Origin: Candidatus Nanopelagicales bacterium
GTDB taxonomy: Bacteria; Actinomycetota; Actinomycetes; S36-B12
Length of the DNA: 60,967 bases
Direction of reading: 5' to 3'
NCBI GenBank assembly: GCA_041675125.1
Contig: JBAYUM010000001.1
Span: 1 to 60,967, forward strand
In this document: positions 30,392-38,324 of the stretch, piece by piece
How positions within the stretch are numbered: position 1 is the stretch's first letter
How the letters are laid out: each line of letters starts with the position of its first letter
The notes under the pieces: model-generated
The model's database searches: none
Told to the model about the DNA's origin: nothing
What the model saw: only the letters and a program-made list of their open reading frames with translations
Position numbers and translations under genes: made by a program

Positions 30392-30411
30392 GTCAGTTCC
30401 TTAATCCCAGA

Positions 30412-31815
30412 TCAGTATGCGAAGTAGAGCTGCTTGTCGGAAGAATCCTTGGCGTCCCCGAACGGATCCTCAGATGAGATCTCCGGGGGACCGGCCTTGA
30501 TCGCCTTGAGCATCAAGCGCACTTCGAATATCGCCAGCACTGCGTAGACCACGGTGAATCCGATGAACGAGATGAGCACCTCAGTCGACGTCACTGTCGG
30601 AGAGACTCCCTCGGCTGTCTTCTGCAGCCCGAACACAAGCCAGGGCTGGCGTCCCATCTCGGTGAAGATCCATCCGGCTGAGATGCCGAACAATGGCATC
30701 AGGGTGATACCTGCGGTGGTGAGGGCGAAGATCTTGCTCTTCGGATTTCTACCACCGCGGAAGCGCCACAAGGCCCAGACTGCATAGAGGGCAGCGAGCA
30801 TCCCGAGACCGATCATGAGGCGGAAGCCCCAGTAGGTGACCGGCACATATGGGCTGTAGTCACCAGGTCCGTACTGCTGCGTATAGGTCTCCTGCAGGTT
30901 GTTGATCCCCTGCACGGTGCCATCAAAGGATCCTGTCGCCAGGAAGGACATCAACCCGGGCACCTCGATGATGCGAGTAGCGGTGTCACCCGAGATATCG
31001 CCGATGCTCAGAATCGAGAATGGCGCGTTCGCCGTGGTCTGGTAGAGGCCTTCAGCAGCGGCCATCTTCATCGGCTGCTGCTCGACCATGATCTTGGCAT
31101 CAAGATCGCCAGTGACCGATACGACGACTGCTGCAATCAGGATCACCCACGAAGCCGCCTTCACAGCTGGGCGGAAGACGTCGACGTCGCGGCCTTTGGC
31201 CATGTGCCAGGCGCCGACCGCAGCGACAAAGGCCCCCGCAACCAGGAATGAGGCGAAGATCGTGTGCGTGAACGCGATGAGCGAGGTGTTCTGGAACAGC
31301 ACCGAGCCGATGTCGTTCAACACTGCTCGACCCGTCGTCGCACTGATCTCATACCCGGTTGGATGCTGCATCCACGAGTTCGCGGCAAGAATGAAGAACG
31401 CCGAGGAGAGCGTGCCGATGGCCGCCGCCCAGATCGTTGCGAGATGCAGTTTCTTCGGCAGTCGATCCCAGCCAAAGATCCATAGCCCCAGGAAGGTGGA
31501 TTCAAGGAAGAACGCCAGCAGTCCTTCCATCGCCAGTGGGGCACCGAAGACGTCACCCACGAACTTGGAATAGTCCGACCAGTTCATCCCGAATTGGAAC
31601 TCCTGGACGATTCCCGTCACCACGCCCATGGCGAAGTTGATCAGGAAGAGCTTTCCGAAGAACTTGGTCAGTCGCAGGTACTTCACGTTTCCAGTGCGCA
31701 CCCAAGCAGTCTGGAAACCGACCACGAACCACACCGTACCAAGAGTGAGCGGCACGAAGAAGAAGTGATAGACGGTGGTAACCGCGAATTGCCAACGGGC
31801 TAGGTCAAGATTCAT
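30412..31815 (-). CDS. cydA: Cytochrome bd oxidase subunit I
   Basis: 467-aa ORF with ARWQFAVTTVYHFFFVPLTLG, EFQFGMNWS and WMQHPTGY, which are canonical CydA blocks. Confidence 0.95.
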   Translation of the reverse strand: MNLDLARWQFAVTTVYHFFFVPLTLGTVWFVVGFQTAWVRTGNVKYLRLTKFFGKLFLINFAMGVVTGIVQEFQFGMNWSDYSKFVGDVFGAPLAMEGLLAFFLESTFLGLWIFGWDRLPKKLHLATIWAAAIGTLSSAFFILAANSWMQHPTGYEISATTGRAVLNDIGSVLFQNTSLIAFTHTIFASFLVAGAFVAAVGAWHMAKGRDVDVFRPAVKAASWVILIAAVVVSVTGDLDAKIMVEQQPMKMAAAEGLYQTTANAPFSILSIGDISGDTATRIIEVPGLMSFLATGSFDGTVQGINNLQETYTQQYGPGDYSPYVPVTYWGFRLMIGLGMLAALYAVWALWRFRGGRNPKSKIFALTTAGITLMPLFGISAGWIFTEMGRQPWLVFGLQKTAEGVSPTVTSTEVLISFIGFTVVYAVLAIFEVRLMLKAIKAGPPEISSEDPFGDAKDSSDKQLYFAY

Positions 31816-31885
31816 TTCGCCTCTTCACACATTGGTGTCTGCATGAACACTATTGCGCGAAATGCGAATTCACCATCATCAGCCC

Positions 31886-31899
31886 AGGACCAAAGTCCC
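31886..31899. promoter_or_regulatory. DosR/DevR-box-like inverted repeat AGGAC-CAAA-GTCCC in the cydA / PP2C divergent region
   Basis: Read directly. It matches 12 of 14 positions of the core GGGACTWWAGTCCC of the mycobacterial DosR consensus TTSGGGACTWWAGTCCCSAA. It lies 71 bp upstream of the cydA start and 61 bp upstream of the PP2C start. A DosR-type regulator gene is 8 kb away. Confidence 0.35.
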
Positions 31900-31959
31900 G
31901 ACTTTTCGGTCTGGCACGCCGTATCTTCTCTGGGACGCAGTGGAGTGCGGGGGTAGACC

Positions 31960-33432
31960 ATGCTGAGTCTGAAATCATGGGCACGAGGGCTCACGACAAC
32001 AAGTGCCCTGCTGGTGCTCGTCTGTGGTGCTCTGCTCATCGATGACGAACTGCAATCGCGACGCACGAGGGCACTGATAGATGAGCAGTGGATTCCTGCG
32101 TTCGATTCATACCTCGCCCTGAATCACAGTGAGCAGCTCGCGATCGCCGCCCTGTCCGACTTCGAGCACCATCGATCACGGGGCCCGAGGCAGCACGCCC
32201 TCTCGACGATCACCTCCCTGGACAATGCTCTTGAGCATGCTTCAATTCCATCTGCGGATGCTCAATTCGTCAGCCTGAGTCAGTCTGCCCGCAAGTCCGC
32301 GCGCGAATGGGTCACCGGTGTGGCTGCATCCGTACTGGCCGACGATCCACCACGACTGTCGAAACCGCAACTCGCTCTCTCCGAGGAGATGCTCGACTCC
32401 TCACGGACCCTGACGGATGCAATCGCCGAAGGCAGCCAGCCCCTGCGCTCCTCATTGCGGCGCACCGAGGCACTGCTCCGAACGACCGTCGCGATAGAGA
32501 CGGTGCTGCTGCTAATCCTGATCATGGCAATGCTGATCGGAATCGACCGACGAGTGCTTCGACCGCTCTCATCACTGCGAAGGGACTTGAGCACGTCGAC
32601 TCGACACCACGAACACGTCATTGCAGGCTGCGGACCTGCCGAGATCGCATCGGTCGGCAGCGACGCCGAACTGCTCCGACGAGCACTTGTGCACGAGCAC
32701 GACACCGCAGCGCAGAAATCCCAAGCCCTGGAACAGGCTGCCCCGATCACTGTGGCCATACACGCAGCCCTTGATCAGTCGGGTGCGGCCGTCCCCGGAA
32801 TCCACGGCTTCCATCGACCGATCGAAGGAGTCATTGCAGGTGATTGGTGGTGGGCAGGAGAGCGCACTGACGGCCGGCGGGTCTTTGCCATGGCCGATAT
32901 CGCCGGCCATGGAGTCCCGGCGGGCGTGATCGCGCTGCAGAGCCAAGCGATCGTCAGTACAGCCCTCCAAGCAGGTGTCCCGCTGGCAGTCATTGCGCAC
33001 TCCCTCGCAGTTGGTGGCTGGGATCCGGGCAGATTCCTCACCCTGTTCATGGGCGTACTTGATGGTGAGTCCCTCGAGTTCTGCTCGGCAGGCCATCCCT
33101 TCGCCCTGCTCCTGGAAGCCGGCCAGACACAGGTGCTCCCGACAACTGGTCCGGTGGTCAGCGGCCTAGGTGGCCAGTGGACATCGATGACCATCCACAT
33201 GGCTCGCGGCACCGCCTGCCTGATCGCAACTGATGGGCTCATCGAGTGCAGCGACGATTCAACAGTGACCCGCTGGGCCAGCGAAGCCTGGCACCAGGCA
33301 CAAGGAGACGCCGCCGAGGCGCTCGAGCTGCTCATGGGCCAAGCGCGCGAACAGTCACTCCCATGGGCAGATGACATCACCGTGATCATTGCCACTCAAG
33401 AACAGCAGTGGCGCACGCCGGCCGACACCTGA
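31960..33432 (+). CDS. Membrane-associated PP2C (SpoIIE-family) protein-serine/threonine phosphatase
   Basis: 490-aa ORF. It has N-terminal TM segments and a helical linker. The C-terminal domain has GDWWWAGER...FAMADIAGHGVPAG ... SAGHP ... IATDGLIE, which are PP2C/SpoIIE metal-site blocks. Confidence 0.85.
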   Translation: MLSLKSWARGLTTTSALLVLVCGALLIDDELQSRRTRALIDEQWIPAFDSYLALNHSEQLAIAALSDFEHHRSRGPRQHALSTITSLDNALEHASIPSADAQFVSLSQSARKSAREWVTGVAASVLADDPPRLSKPQLALSEEMLDSSRTLTDAIAEGSQPLRSSLRRTEALLRTTVAIETVLLLILIMAMLIGIDRRVLRPLSSLRRDLSTSTRHHEHVIAGCGPAEIASVGSDAELLRRALVHEHDTAAQKSQALEQAAPITVAIHAALDQSGAAVPGIHGFHRPIEGVIAGDWWWAGERTDGRRVFAMADIAGHGVPAGVIALQSQAIVSTALQAGVPLAVIAHSLAVGGWDPGRFLTLFMGVLDGESLEFCSAGHPFALLLEAGQTQVLPTTGPVVSGLGGQWTSMTIHMARGTACLIATDGLIECSDDSTVTRWASEAWHQAQGDAAEALELLMGQAREQSLPWADDITVIIATQEQQWRTPADT

Positions 33433-33453
33433 TCGAGTGCCACGATTGCTTGC

Positions 33454-34701
33454 ATGCGCCTGAACAGACCCCTTGCCTTCATCGCCAGTGCTGCTATCGC
33501 CATGACGGTGCTGGCTCCAGCCCAAGCAGCCCCAGGAGCCAGGGGCAATAACCCGTTGAAGGGCCAGGTCGTTCCCGCGACTCTCTTCGGCATGCATGTC
33601 ATGAACGCCGAGATCGGCTCCTGGCCGACTATTCCGATCGGTTCGCTTCGCCTTTGGGACAACCAGACCAGCTGGGCGAATATCGAGAAGGTCCAGGGGA
33701 CTTTCGACTGGACCAATCTCGACAAGGCAGTCGCAACCTCTCAGGCACACGGCGTCAACGACATCCTGATGGTCCTGGCCGGTACCCCTTCCTGGGCCAC
33801 CAACGACCCGTCGCCGGATGCACTGCCCCAGCCGGGAGCCGCAGGCATGCCCAAGGACTTCGCATGGTGGAATCAATGGGTCACGGCCGTGGTGACCCGC
33901 TACAAGGGCAAGATCACCTCGTACCAGCCATGGAATGAGGCAAACCTCAGCACCTTCTCCACCGGCTCGCCAGCGCAGATGGCAGACCTGACCAAGCGGG
34001 CCTACGACATCATCAAGCGCATCGACCCGGCAGCCACCGTGGTTGCCCCCAGCACGGGCACACGCCTTGGTGGACCGTTCAAGAAGTTCTACCCGGCCTT
34101 CCTCGAGGAGCTCGGCAGCAAGGGCTGGCCGATCGATGTATGGGCAGCCCACACGTACCCCGCAAGCCTGGGCACCCCCCTTGACCAGGCTGCACTGGCC
34201 CAGCAATGGCAGGACATGCTGGTCAAGGCGCATGCCCCGACCAAGCCCATGTGGGAGACCGAGGACAACTACGGGCTCAAGGGTCCAGGACCTAAGAACC
34301 CGGATGTCGATATCGACGACACCCGCGCTTCCTCATGGGTGGCTCGCACCTATCTCGATGCTCTCAATATGGGCATCAGCCGGGTCTACTGGTACCGATG
34401 GGAACCATTCAACGATCTCTGGGGCATCCAGATGTTCGACAAGTCCCTCGGCGCCAAGGCCTACGCCTCCATGGAGGAATGGATCGTCGGCGCGACGTTC
34501 AATGGCTGCTCGACCAGGGGCCGCCAGGTCGCCTGCGCTTTCTCGAAGGCAGGCAAGCCCTTCACGATCCACTACAGCACGAATGACAAGCGGATCACGG
34601 TCAAGACCAAGGGTGCAACTGAGGTCTGCACCCTGGTCGGTGGCTGCTCTGCGTTGAGCAAGAAGGTGATCAGCACACACGTGCCGATCAAGATCGGCTA
34701 G
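33454..34701 (+). CDS. Secreted glycoside hydrolase, clan GH-A (GH5/GH39-like TIM barrel)
   Basis: The signal peptide is MRLNRPLAFIASAAIAMTVLAPAQA. YQPWNEANL (acid/base N-E) and PMWETE (nucleophile Glu) have the spacing typical of clan GH-A. The family number is not resolvable by eye. Confidence 0.65.
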   Translation: MRLNRPLAFIASAAIAMTVLAPAQAAPGARGNNPLKGQVVPATLFGMHVMNAEIGSWPTIPIGSLRLWDNQTSWANIEKVQGTFDWTNLDKAVATSQAHGVNDILMVLAGTPSWATNDPSPDALPQPGAAGMPKDFAWWNQWVTAVVTRYKGKITSYQPWNEANLSTFSTGSPAQMADLTKRAYDIIKRIDPAATVVAPSTGTRLGGPFKKFYPAFLEELGSKGWPIDVWAAHTYPASLGTPLDQAALAQQWQDMLVKAHAPTKPMWETEDNYGLKGPGPKNPDVDIDDTRASSWVARTYLDALNMGISRVYWYRWEPFNDLWGIQMFDKSLGAKAYASMEEWIVGATFNGCSTRGRQVACAFSKAGKPFTIHYSTNDKRITVKTKGATEVCTLVGGCSALSKKVISTHVPIKIG

Positions 34702-35930
34702 GCCGGAGAGCGCACTCGACCCAGATAGCGCGCATGCGCGTCATTGAGGCCCAGTTCCACGGCCTGTGCACTGGCGGCGCGTGCCTCTTCAGTTCGATCG
34801 AGTCGATGCAGCAGCTCGGCGCGTGCTGCATGCCACCAGGCATGCAGCTCAAGACCGCGAATCGCCTCGACTTCCGTCAACCCGATCTCCGCACCATCGC
34901 GCTCGCCGATTGCACTTGCCCTTCCCAGTTGGGCAGCCGGCGAGTTCTGCACGGTGAGCAGTACGTCATACCAGGAGATCACCGCATCCCAGTCAGTGTG
35001 CGCGAAGTCCCCAGCGAGAGCATGACATGCGGCAATGGCTGCCTGCACCGCATAGGCATCAGGTTCCTGCGGAGTCCTTCGCAGGGCTTCTCCGACGAGT
35101 TCGACTCCCTCGCGTATCCCAGCAGCGTTCCATTGGGTGCGATCCTGTTCGGACAGCGGGATCACCGACCCCTGGCTTGATACTCGGGCCTGCCTGCGCG
35201 AGTCCTGGAGCAGCATCAATGCGAGCAGGCCAGTCGCAGAAGCCTCATCTGGCATCAAGTCGTGCACAAGACGCCCAAGCCTCAGCGCCTCATCGATCAG
35301 GACGATCCTCATCACCTGTTCGCCACCGCCAGCCGCGTAGCCCTCATTGAAGATGAGGTAGATGGTCGACAGCACTGCAGGCAGGCGAAGAGGCAGCTCT
35401 TCATCCGACGGCACACGATACGGAATTCGTGCAAGCCGGATCTTCTGCTTCACTCGGGTCAGGCGCTTTGCCATCGTCGGTTCCGGCACCATCAATGCTC
35501 GTGCCACCTCTGCCGTGCTCAATCCGCCGAGGGTCCGCAGGCTCAAGGCGACCTGCGCATCGAGCGAGAGACTGGGATGGCAGCAGGTGAAGACCAGGCG
35601 CAGGAGGTCATCGCGCACAACCGAATCGGACGGCTCAGGAACGTCCTCGAACGTGAACGCCACCGCTGCGGCCTCCTTGGCCTCGCGCACCAGATCACGA
35701 CGGATCCGGTCGATTGCGCACCGTCGAGCCACGGTTGTCAGCCATGCTCGCGGTTGCTCGGGTATGCCGTCTCGAGACCAGGTCTGCAGTGCACGCACCG
35801 TCGCCTCTTGCAGCGCATCCTGGGCGATATCCACATCGCCGGTGACGCGGATGAGCGTGGCAAGAATGCGCGAGTAGTGCTCGCGCACAGCCAACTCAGC
35901 CGCGTCAGCCGGCGAAGGTGTCGGACTCAA
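34698..35930 (-). CDS. ECF sigma factor with long C-terminal extension (ECF42-like)
   Basis: Region 2 is ALQEATVRALQTWSRDGIPEQPRAWLTTVARRCAIDRIRR. Region 4 is LGGLSTAEVARALMVPEPTMAKRLTRVKQKI. About 230 aa of helical C-terminal extension follow. The track ORF (to 36167) runs through the upstream YciI gene. A TTG at 35930 (8 nt after the YciI stop) or a GTG at 35888 is the realistic start. Confidence 0.75.
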   Translation of the reverse strand: MSPTPSPADAAELAVREHYSRILATLIRVTGDVDIAQDALQEATVRALQTWSRDGIPEQPRAWLTTVARRCAIDRIRRDLVREAKEAAAVAFTFEDVPEPSDSVVRDDLLRLVFTCCHPSLSLDAQVALSLRTLGGLSTAEVARALMVPEPTMAKRLTRVKQKIRLARIPYRVPSDEELPLRLPAVLSTIYLIFNEGYAAGGGEQVMRIVLIDEALRLGRLVHDLMPDEASATGLLALMLLQDSRRQARVSSQGSVIPLSEQDRTQWNAAGIREGVELVGEALRRTPQEPDAYAVQAAIAACHALAGDFAHTDWDAVISWYDVLLTVQNSPAAQLGRASAIGERDGAEIGLTEVEAIRGLELHAWWHAARAELLHRLDRTEEARAASAQAVELGLNDAHARYLGRVRSPA

Positions 35931-35940
35931 TGCGCGAGCA

Positions 35941-36288
35941 TCACATGATCGGCAGGACCGGGCGCACCTCGACCGCCCCGTCCCACGCAGCAGGAATCTG
36001 GGCGGCAAGCGCAATGGCCTCGTCGAGATCAGCGCACTCAAGCACGAAGAATCCCGTGAGTGACTCCTTCGTGTCGGCATACGGGCCGTCAGAGGCCAGC
36101 ACCTCGCCGCCCTTGCCACCGGATACACGCACGGTTGTCGCCGTGACAGTGGGGTACAGGGCTGCACCGCCGCGGATCACGGCAGCGGCCGCCTCATTGA
36201 AGGCTCCGTACTCAGCCATGTCAGCGGCCTGGTCAGGATGCGACCAGTCGACATCCTTGGTGTAGAGAATTGCGACGTACTGGGGCAT
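35941..36288 (-). CDS. YciI/DGPF-family protein
   Basis: 115-aa ORF: MPQYVAILY...GFFVLECADLDEAIALAAQIP. ATG 36288 lies 5 nt after GGAGG. The GTG at 36291 in the track is too close to the SD. Confidence 0.85.
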   Translation of the reverse strand: MPQYVAILYTKDVDWSHPDQAADMAEYGAFNEAAAAVIRGGAALYPTVTATTVRVSGGKGGEVLASDGPYADTKESLTGFFVLECADLDEAIALAAQIPAAWDGAVEVRPVLPIM

Positions 36289-36409
36289 CACGACCTCCTC
36301 GGGTGCCGGCGCCTATCGCCAGCGTCATCCTATGGACGAATGGAAGCACCGCAGAAGGACACTTCTTCCCTGGAGATCTCGGGATCGCCACAACCGGTCT
36401 GGCCCTGCA

Positions 36410-36449
36410 ATTGAGGAAGGCCCGAGCATGCGCTCGGGCCTTCCTCAAT
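36410..36449 (-). terminator. Perfect 18-bp stem hairpin downstream of etfA
   Basis: ATTGAGGAAGGCCCGAGC-atgc-GCTCGGGCCTTCCTCAAT, read directly. It lies 22 bp after the etfA stop. There is no clear U-tract, which is common in high-GC actinobacteria. Confidence 0.55.
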
Positions 36450-36470
36450 GAACTGCTGGACTGGATACGA

Positions 36471-37427
36471 CTAGCCCTTGCGCTTGTTGACCTCTTCGGT
36501 CAGCTGGGGGAGCACGACAAACAGATCGCCAACGACGCCGAAGTCAGCGAGTTCGAACATGGGTGCTTCCGCATCCTTGTTCACCGCCACAATCAGCTTC
36601 GAGGTCTGCATGCCAGCGCGATGCTGGATTGCACCCGAGATGCCGTTCGCGATGTAGAGCTGGGGCGAGACCGTCTTGCCGGTCTGGCCCACCTGGAAGG
36701 TGTGCGGGTACCAGCCTGCGTCGGTTGCTGCGCGCGAGGCTCCAACGGCTGCACCAAGCGCATCGGCGAGGGCCTCCACCACTCCAAAGCCCTCAGCTGC
36801 GCCAACACCACGTCCACCGGAGACGACGATTGCAGCCTCGGTGAGCTCTGGTCGTCCGCCCTTCTGGGCGACCGCACGACCGGTGACCTTGGCCTTGGTC
36901 GCAGCCTCGCTCAGGTCAACTGACACGTCGACACGAGCCGCAGCCCCGGCAGCCGCAACTGGAGCCGTGGAGTTCGGGCGCACCGTGATGATCGGGGTGC
37001 CATTGGCGACCTTCGACTGCACGACCGTAGAACCACCGAAGATGCTCTGCGTTGCCACGAGGTCAGAGGTGAGCCCGATGGCATCAGTGATGATGCCCGA
37101 GTTCGTGCGGACTGCCAGGCGAGCCGCCACTTCCTTGCCCTCTGCTGAAGAAGGCACCAGGACTGCAACCGGCGAGACATCTGCAACGAGCTTTGCAAGC
37201 ACCTCCGCCTTGGGGGCGATCGGGTGATCGACGTACTGCGCACCATCGGCAACGTAGACCTTGGCTGCACCGAACTCACCAAGCGTTGCGGCTGCGGCAT
37301 CGGTGTAACCCGGGCCGATCCACACTGCACTTGGCTCGCCAACCGTGCGAGCAAGGGTCAACAACTCAGTGGTGACCTTCTTGACTGAACCGTCTGCGGC
37401 CTCTACGAGGACGAGAACCTCTCCCAT
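36471..37427 (-). CDS. etfA: Electron transfer flavoprotein alpha subunit
   Basis: 318-aa ORF. The C-terminal FAD block is [49 protein letters not shown]. Confidence 0.95.
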   Translation of the reverse strand: MGEVLVLVEAADGSVKKVTTELLTLARTVGEPSAVWIGPGYTDAAAATLGEFGAAKVYVADGAQYVDHPIAPKAEVLAKLVADVSPVAVLVPSSAEGKEVAARLAVRTNSGIITDAIGLTSDLVATQSIFGGSTVVQSKVANGTPIITVRPNSTAPVAAAGAAARVDVSVDLSEAATKAKVTGRAVAQKGGRPELTEAAIVVSGGRGVGAAEGFGVVEALADALGAAVGASRAATDAGWYPHTFQVGQTGKTVSPQLYIANGISGAIQHRAGMQTSKLIVAVNKDAEAPMFELADFGVVGDLFVVLPQLTEEVNKRKG

Positions 37428-37478
37428 TACGACTCCTTTAAAGTTCCAAAAACCAGTGATGTAGTGAGCGAGTAGCTC

Positions 37479-38261
37479 TTAGAGGACCTTCTGCGCAGCC
37501 AGGAAGTCGGCAATGGCGATTCCGCCGTTGCCCTCGTCCTGAACAACCACGCCAGCGGCCTTCGGCGGACGAGCCGCGAAGCTGTCGACCTTGGACCAGG
37601 CGGCGCCGAGACCGATCTGCGCAGTGTCGAGGCCTGCGTCAGCCGCAGAGAGCGTCTCGACTGGCTTCTTCTTGGCGGCCATGATGCCCTTGAACGAGGG
37701 GTAACGAGGCTCATTGATCTTCTCGACGACGCTCACGACTGCAGGAAGAGTCGCCGTGATGGTCTCAATGCCATTGTCGCTGACGCGATCGATCGTGACC
37801 GAGCCACCGGCGACCTCGACCTTGTTCGCGAAGGTCAACTGCGCGAGGCCCAGGCGCTCTGCGACCATGGCGGGCACCACGCTCATGCGCGCATCGGTCG
37901 ACTCCGAGCCGAAGAGCACGAGATCGAATCCACGCCCGTCGATGACCTTGGCGAGCGCGTAGCTGGTGGCGACCGCGTCTGAACCGGCAAGGCTGGCGTC
38001 AGCGAGGTGGATTCCCGAATCGGCGCCCATGCTCAACGCCTTGCGGACGGCTTCTGCGGCACGATCAGGGCCCATGGAAACGACGACGACTTCGCCACTG
38101 CCATTGGCTTCAACGATCTTCAGGGCCTCTTCGACAGCGTACTCATCGAGTTCATTCATGACGCCCTCGACTGATTCGCGATCCAGGATGGCATCGCCGT
38201 CACGGAGCTTCTTCTCAGCCCATGAGTCTGGAACTTGCTTCACACAAACTGCGATCTTCAC
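37479..38261 (-). CDS. etfB: Electron transfer flavoprotein beta subunit
   Basis: 260-aa ORF that opens with MKIAVCVKQVPD and has DLVLFGSESTD. Confidence 0.95.
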   Translation of the reverse strand: MKIAVCVKQVPDSWAEKKLRDGDAILDRESVEGVMNELDEYAVEEALKIVEANGSGEVVVVSMGPDRAAEAVRKALSMGADSGIHLADASLAGSDAVATSYALAKVIDGRGFDLVLFGSESTDARMSVVPAMVAERLGLAQLTFANKVEVAGGSVTIDRVSDNGIETITATLPAVVSVVEKINEPRYPSFKGIMAAKKKPVETLSAADAGLDTAQIGLGAAWSKVDSFAARPPKAAGVVVQDEGNGGIAIADFLAAQKVL

Positions 38262-38324
38262 GACACATTCCTTTCGAGAGCGGCCCGCATGTGACGGAGC
38301 GTTCTGCTGTGGTTTGGGTAAATG

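Noticed and set aside
31835-31850. A possible CRP/FNR- or Rex-type site GTGTCTGCATGAACAC just upstream of cydA.
   Set aside because: It is only a partial palindrome (GTGT...ACAC ends with a mismatched interior). It does not fit TGTGA-N6-TCACA or TTGTGAA-N4-TTCACAA well, and it lies within about 35 bp of the start codon. The support is too weak to call.
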